Part shown: positions 57,333-64,000 of the stretch, piece after piece
Position numbering within the stretch: position 1 is the first letter of the stretch
Layout of the letters: every line of letters starts with the position of its first letter
Origin: Tubulanus polymorphus
Lineage: Eukaryota > Animalia > Nemertea
DNA: 64,000 nucleotides
Reading direction: 5' to 3'
Assembly (NCBI RefSeq): GCF_964204645.1
Contig: NC_134029.1
Coordinates: 19,586,950 to 19,650,949 of the forward strand
Notes under the pieces: generated by a model
Databases searched by the model: none
Told to the model about the DNA's origin: nothing
What the model saw: the letters and a program-made list of their open reading frames with translations, nothing else
Made by a program: the position numbers and the translations under genes

Positions 57333-60300
57333 CGGTACACGTGATCGTTCAGATATTTTTCGAATATATAATTTTCCGTCGTCAAGTGTGGGTCGAGATC
57401 GATTGATTTAATGTTTTGAAGACGATTCCTCGCGGAGTTGAAATTGTCTCGTGTATCCGGTAGAGAAAATCCAGCGCGCAAAGGAGCGTGTTTGTTTAAC
57501 AGCCGTTCTGTTTGCGAATGCGTCATTAGAACGCGGGATCCGTTCGCTTTGGATTTATCCGCAGAAAATCTCCAGTATCTTGGCGGCAGGGGATTAGGGG
57601 GTGGGGAAAATGCTTTCCTAAGAGATCCCATGTTGTCCGTTCTCCGCGAGATTTATCTCAGAATCAGGATATGGAGTTTCCGTGAATGTGAAAGTTGTTT
57701 TTCTGCGTCGAAAAAAATGGGGAAATGATGGTAAAGAGTTTCGATAATTTGACTCTTGATGGCGAACTTCTAAATAGATATGAAAAGTTTCTTGTAAATC
57801 AGCCAAAGTTAAAAATCTATGAATGATTCGTGTACTATTTCATGAAAACCAATGCCAAGAAGTGATTCATAGAGGATGATAATATTTTGTATTACCGTGA
57901 CATTTGGGAATTGTAATTTTACACTGCGCATTATGAAATGTTAAAATCATTGAATTCCAGTGTTATTGTTTCCGCCAATACGACAAAGATTATGCCTAAA
58001 ATACCACTGCAAAACAGAAGTAAATTCTAACAAAAGAAAGTTCACTTGTATTCGATTCGTGTGACTGACGATGAAAATATTAAATCGATTTAAAAGATTT
58101 TCTTTCGCCGTGAAATCAAAACAGAATTGATAAACATCATCTGTTTTATTTCTAAAGACGATGTGTGATTGGTACATTATAATGGTGAGTATTGCGGATA
58201 TTCAATCTAACCTAACTGACCAATAAAAGGAAGATGAAAATGGAATTTCGACGTTGGTCTTTTTCTAGTTTATTTCGAAATTCGCCTGAGATGAATTATA
58301 CCGCTCTCCGCCGGCGATAGCCGATGTTTATTTCGCGTTTATTCTGGTCGAATTGGCTTTTACACGCAGTGCCGTTCGGCCGCTAATCTTTTTACATACG
58401 CCGCTACAAAGGCGCCGTAAACGGATCATCACTTAACTTCATTGAAGCATTTGATACGACAAGAAATTCTAAATCGACGCTGATTTCATTCGGTTTACTT
58501 CTGGCGTCTGGGTTTTTGTATAATGCAGTCTTCGTCGCCGGTCTGCGAGAGAAGCGAGCGAAGAAACGCTTTCACTCGGAAACTATTCAGAAGAGTTGAT
58601 TTTCTATGGGATTTTTCGTTCGTTATACGTGTATCGATCGGTAAGCGTGGATTCGTCTTCAATACTGCCGACGAACATCGTGCTCAAACGAGCGGACACT
58701 TCTGCCATCGACCGACGTTGCAAACAGATGGAGTTATAATTTTCGGCGGTCGCGAAAGAAGAGCAGCGCAATAGCCGCCGGGGACCATTTCTGTAAAAAG
58801 AAAAGTATTCGAGTGCGGTACCGTTTGCTGCTTTCGATCGGGCCAGGATTCGTCCGTCAAACTTGACACTTATACATCAGACGGCGAATTCAATATCGGG
58901 AAAATGATTTGATATTCGTTCTTTCGAAATATCTCCTCTTCCAAATGCTTTGATACTACTTACTTATGGGAGTGGCGTACACAAACGTTCCGCTCGCGAA
59001 TTCGTACAGTTAAAAATTCATCGCAAATCTTAATCCCTCGAGAGTTTCGCTGGCGCGATCATGTCAACACTTTCCTCTCTCGATTGTCTTCCACCCACTA
59101 CGACGCATTCCTTAAAGCATCTCAAAGCTCTCGTTTCAGATCAGCCTACACGCGCGCACACACACACACGCACCAGGAAGATGCGCGCGAAAACCGGCTT
59201 AATCGCAGAAAGATGCTGCTGAAATAGCGAGAACTATCAAGTGCATTCTTTTAAAAATCCGAAGATCGCCACCTGAAAAATGCAAGCTTTTTGGATGAGT
59301 ACTATCATACAACCCACGCCTACTTACACAATCCGATCCGTTGTTTTCGTTACACACTGAATGAAAAGGAAGAGTTTTTCTACGGTTACTAAGTAATAAC
59401 TAGAAAAGATGAAGATCTTTAATTAAAGTTCTCTCATTAAGTAATAATGATAATAGTACACTTTATATTGTCAAAGTATCACAACTTCTATAACCAAAAT
59501 AACATAATTCATTGTAGAAAGGGTTCTCGACTTCACGTGGGTTTCTTGGTATGCGGAAAACTTACAAAACGAAAAATGGAGTAATTGGGTATCTCGGACT
59601 GGAGTTTTGGATATTCAATTTCTCTTCGATTTTATTCTCTGTAAATACTTAGCAGCCAGGTGTCGCCAGTGATCTGGGTTTTTCATAAACTCTGCAACTG
59701 CATTGAGATTGGATTTGAGATGGGTTATAGAAACATAAGTGAAGAATAGTTCATGTCTTTTTCTCAGGGGCACTACACAAAACATGAAATTCATCTTCAG
59801 TTTGTATTTTGTGAAAAATTCGTAAGAAAGCCTTTTAATTTTTCTATCAACGTTATCGTTAAGATCTTGTGATTTTTTTCATTCATTCATTCATTCATCC
59901 ATTTTCATTCATTTCATTTTAGCCATTATTGTAATTCTGTCGGTGTGTTGGGGGCTGTGCGAATGTACATGTTCGGATATACTATGCAGTGCTGTTACGT
60001 TAAGTACACAAATCAACGTCAGATTATCGGTTTATGGGTGCAATGGTCGTATAATAAGTCCCAGTCTAGACTTGTACTCAATCAAAATATGATTATCGCT
60101 GAATGATCTTTTTTTAACTACACGTGTTCCTACATCTCAGGGGCGGGCTCCTGTTAGTGCTTATCGCGTTCAATAAACTGTGGTTTTAGGTGTAAATAAG
60201 CCTTTTTACAGTTTCCAGGCGCCATTTTTTTGGGTACCCGCCGGGTCCACATTGTTGAATTTTTTGTCCTTATTTTTCTCCGGTTTAATTTTTTTATTTC

Positions 60301-63300
60301 GTTCATATCTCTGGATTTGATTAAGATAGAAACAAAGTAAAAATATCGATGAACTCGGCTGATAATAAACTTTTTTATGATATCACTCATTTATAAAGTT
60401 AATGCAACAATGTGCGCTGGTGAAGTTATAAACATTGATATCGTCTTCCCGATAATTCAACTTGAATTATTGCTCATCTCATTCAAAAGTTCGTAATTCT
60501 TACAAATATTAATCTACATTTTTGAAATTTTCAGAACCAATAGCCATCTATATGTGGTCTTATATACCTTTTACTGTTTTCAATTATCCTTATTAGTTTT
60601 TAAGTAATTGCGAGTCAAACTTCCAAAACTCGTTTTCCCGGGTCCCCTGGGTGCATCTTTATATCAGGAAATTTCACAATTTCACCGGTCCCTACTTTGT
60701 TGAAAATCAATTTATTAAGTAACCATGGAAATAAGGGCACCTAGGTTTTTGAAAAGTGGTTATTAAAGATATATATTCTCTAGGATTTGTCAAAATAAAC
60801 AAAATAAACCAGGTGTTGCTTTAACCAGCTACCTAGGTTCACAACAGATCATTTTGTCCAACGTGTTTCATTCGATTCCAAAACTGCACGTACGGGTATA
60901 CGATTGCAAATGTGAAAGTCAGACATTATGTGGCACATGTATGAGGACCAAAGTCTCAATGCTGCGTCGCATTGCCGTCGCAAATTTGCATGGCTACTTA
61001 CGTGAAGTGGGCTAATACAGACCTTGTGTGATCAAAACTAACTTAGAATTCGTGCCAAATCTCAAAACAACTATCAAACACACGAGATCAATTTTGACAG
61101 AAAGTAAACGAAAGTTATGTTCCTTACTTATATATTCCAAAGTTCCAATCTTTTCAACACAATCGACTAAGCCAAATATATTCAAATTCAATTTGAAACA
61201 CCTTCCAGCTCTTGTCACGATCAGTAATAAAGATCGAACATCGAACATTCTCAAGCAAAGCCGATCCAACGGTTTGCAAGCGTCAAGTTTGACACAGCCG
61301 TGGCTGCCTCCATTTGTGTGGAGCTGCTGCTGAAAATTCAAAAATGTAAATCGGAGCAAAATCGCTGTTAGCTAACCTTTTTTTTCGTGCGGTCTCTTAT
61401 TTAAAGCTGGTTAGCCTAACCATGGATAAGCTGCTTACCACGGTTAGGCCAACTGGGCTTTCCCGCGCCCGCCCAGTTTTCTACGTGGTGGCGTCTATCT
61501 CGCGAATCGCAGCAAGCCCCTGAAGTCGATCCTGATATATTGATTCCGCCGGTAGAATGGACGGCGTGAAATATTGACCAGCTTTATACCGAACAAAGTC
61601 CGAACGGCATGCATCATCCATAATCCAAACGCGACATTGTTCTCCGAGAAAACAAAAGCATCGGATAATTGCACTTTTCATAATCCCGAGACCTGGAAAT
61701 GGCTCTCGGTTTTCGCAGCGCGGATGAGGGATAACCTGTCAGAGCCACGTGGGAACTTATTAATTTATTGCATCCGTCGGCTAATGGTCACGCTCAATCT
61801 GGTTCATTGTTCGTTTGGCTGACACGAACACGATACCAATCTTGCTAATATCCTATCAGCTTAACGGACTACGCGAGTCCAACCGTTCCGTAATGGTCAT
61901 CACAGGAAGCGTACTGATTTACCAATTAGATAATTGGCGTCCGTAACGTAGAATTAATGAACCGGGCACTATTTATGGCAAAAACTAAATCAGTTGTACT
62001 TCGGTTCAGAATGTTTGCGGCAAAAAACCTCCTCCAGGGCTATCGAAATCGGATGTATCAACGGTCGTGTCAGACACGCTTGGATGCTTCCGGGCATTGC
62101 GTAAGTGCTGATTGGCCGACGCGATGCGCAGATGATGATGACGTCATATAGACGTCACATTATATCGATTTTGCGCTGAAACTGAAAGTAGAAGATGAGA
62201 TTTGTTTTTCACAGTTAATCGTTTTTCTTTTGACCGACCATATTCAATCGCGGACTCCAAAAAGACATGACCGTCATATTACGTAGAGATCTTGCTACTG
62301 AAAAAAAACCCAGAAGGGCGGTAGATACATGCTAACTGAGTCCCATGGGTTTCATAGGAGCGACAACTAATTAATCAACTTACTTGTATCATCAGTATTT
62401 ATGCGGTCGGTTTGCGATACGTGCTCGGTCGAAACATTGATCCACCTGAGGTTATAAAGAGGAAAGTAACATCGCCGAAATAACTAATCGGCGATGGCGA
62501 TGATACGCCCGTGGAATATTGTATATTAATACCGATTATTTTGGCGTACACAGAAACTGTACTTTTAACTGATATTGGACCGATGTATTAAGTCCTTTTG
62601 TAATAAATATCAATCGACCCAATCGACCTTGTTGCGACGCGACCTGTGCTCATTTTGTCCGATCGTCCAATTAAACTGCACAAAGCCGCGGATTTAATGA
62701 ATTGTATAGTTTAGATCTATACGGTTATTTCCCTTGATGGAAGATATAAAATCTAATTGTGATAGGCCTGATTTTCAAATCATATCTACTTATGGATTTA
62801 TCTTAATTACTGTTTTTAGTGATGACGAGGGCAAGAGATGTCGGACTATCGGCTAATCGATTGCGACGTTAGCGAACAACTTTCCATTATCCGAAAAAGC
62901 GTAGGCATTTTCAAATCTTTGATGAGGGCAAGTAAGATTGAAAATTGTTTTCCCAATATTGCTAGAACATTGACCGATGGCAATATTGATCGCATTCGTC
63001 TGGCTATGTATCGTTTAGCTCCATATTTGGTTCTACCTAACGATTTCTATGAACCGTTTAAAATGTAATCTATTTCAATATTTTACGGAAATATTATTTC
63101 AATTTTCAAAAAATAAGGTGTACTTATACACGCTCGCACACTCCCGTGGGTTCGGCTCAAGGTCAGATGCGTGTCAGTCACGGAGTCCCGATGGGAAAAT
63201 GATATCTGGAAAGATATTGTGAAATAACAAACACTGACAGTAAACCGACACTGCCTCCTGGTGTAGGACACGAATGTTTTTACCTTAGAGGCGGCAAAGA

Positions 63301-63600
63301 TCACATTTCTCTTCAATAGGGCTCTATACCCTATCTAACCCCCAACTAGTTGGCATAAATCGAGAATGATATATCAGTTGGAAAATTTACATGTTTGTAG
63401 GTGAATTAGTACACAAGAAAGTAAAGGGGGGAAAGAACAAATCATGGATAGAATATTTAAAATAACAGGATAATTGGCATGATTGAGGGTATTGAAAAAA
63501 ATTAATTAACCAGAAATTGAATAGTTTAATACTGCGCTTTTTATCTTTTATCATTCAGGATCCAGTTCTAAGTCAGTAATTTCAATAACCTTACTCTCGA

Positions 63601-63675
63601 TAGTTAGATTTGATCAGCCAGACCCAACTTCTAGTGTGACACTAGAAGTTAGGTCTGGCTGATCAAATCTAACTA
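63601..63675. repeat. Near-perfect 75-bp palindrome (37-bp arms, 1-nt loop, 1 mismatch)
   Basis: tagttagatttgatcagccagacccaacttctagtgt-g-acactagaagttaggtctggctgatcaaatctaacta. Confidence 0.95.
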
Positions 63676-64000
63676 ATTGGGCGGGCGATCTATTTCACGA
63701 ATATCCTAAGAGATGCTAAATGGAAACAAGTAGTTGGTTGCCAGGGAGCCTTTATTAAAGTGCCTGCCTTGGGAGCGTATATCAATTTTCTTCTCACTAC
63801 AAACGACGACATGGTGTGATTTTTAATTCACATTCTCGGCTTCCCTAAGGAATAAAACGATGTCAATTGTTCCGCAGGGCCATCAGTGTTTGAATGTTTA
63901 ACCACCTTTGCCCTTGAAATATTCTCCCCCGGGGCACGCGAGCAAGAAATGCTGCTTAGTCATCGACGCCGGCGCCGCGGCCGCATCGACATCTCTCTCA

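Overview
AT-rich but CpG-rich eukaryotic (invertebrate-like, probably lophotrochozoan; inference) genomic DNA. One spliced protein-coding gene can be reconstructed on the + strand: an 8-exon, 399-aa IgLON/lachesin/DIP-like cell-adhesion protein (signal peptide, three Ig domains, charged stalk, GPI-type hydrophobic tail), CDS join(7166..7202,22157..22263,25663..25867,32437..32589,33367..33495,34859..35146,35870..36016,38955..39088). All introns are GT-AG with consistent phases; exon 1 is the least certain. Nearly all ORFs in the supplied track are spurious. The rest is intron or intergenic DNA with many short non-autonomous elements: an AAGCCC..GGGCTT MITE family (one copy with an internal 55/59-bp minisatellite, one with a nested insertion), CWG-target Harbinger-like MITEs, pogo/Tigger-like MITEs, foldbacks, SINE/LINE remnants and microsatellites. 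The most notable hidden signal is a set of minimal type I hammerhead-ribozyme motifs (CUGANGA-stem II-GAAA-palindrome-UH) at four unrelated loci, three of them inside inverted repeats, as described for Penelope-like retroelements. Two candidate alternative splicing events (a 42-nt cassette exon in intron 1 and a 9-nt microexon donor in the last exon) could alter the N- and C-terminal targeting signals.
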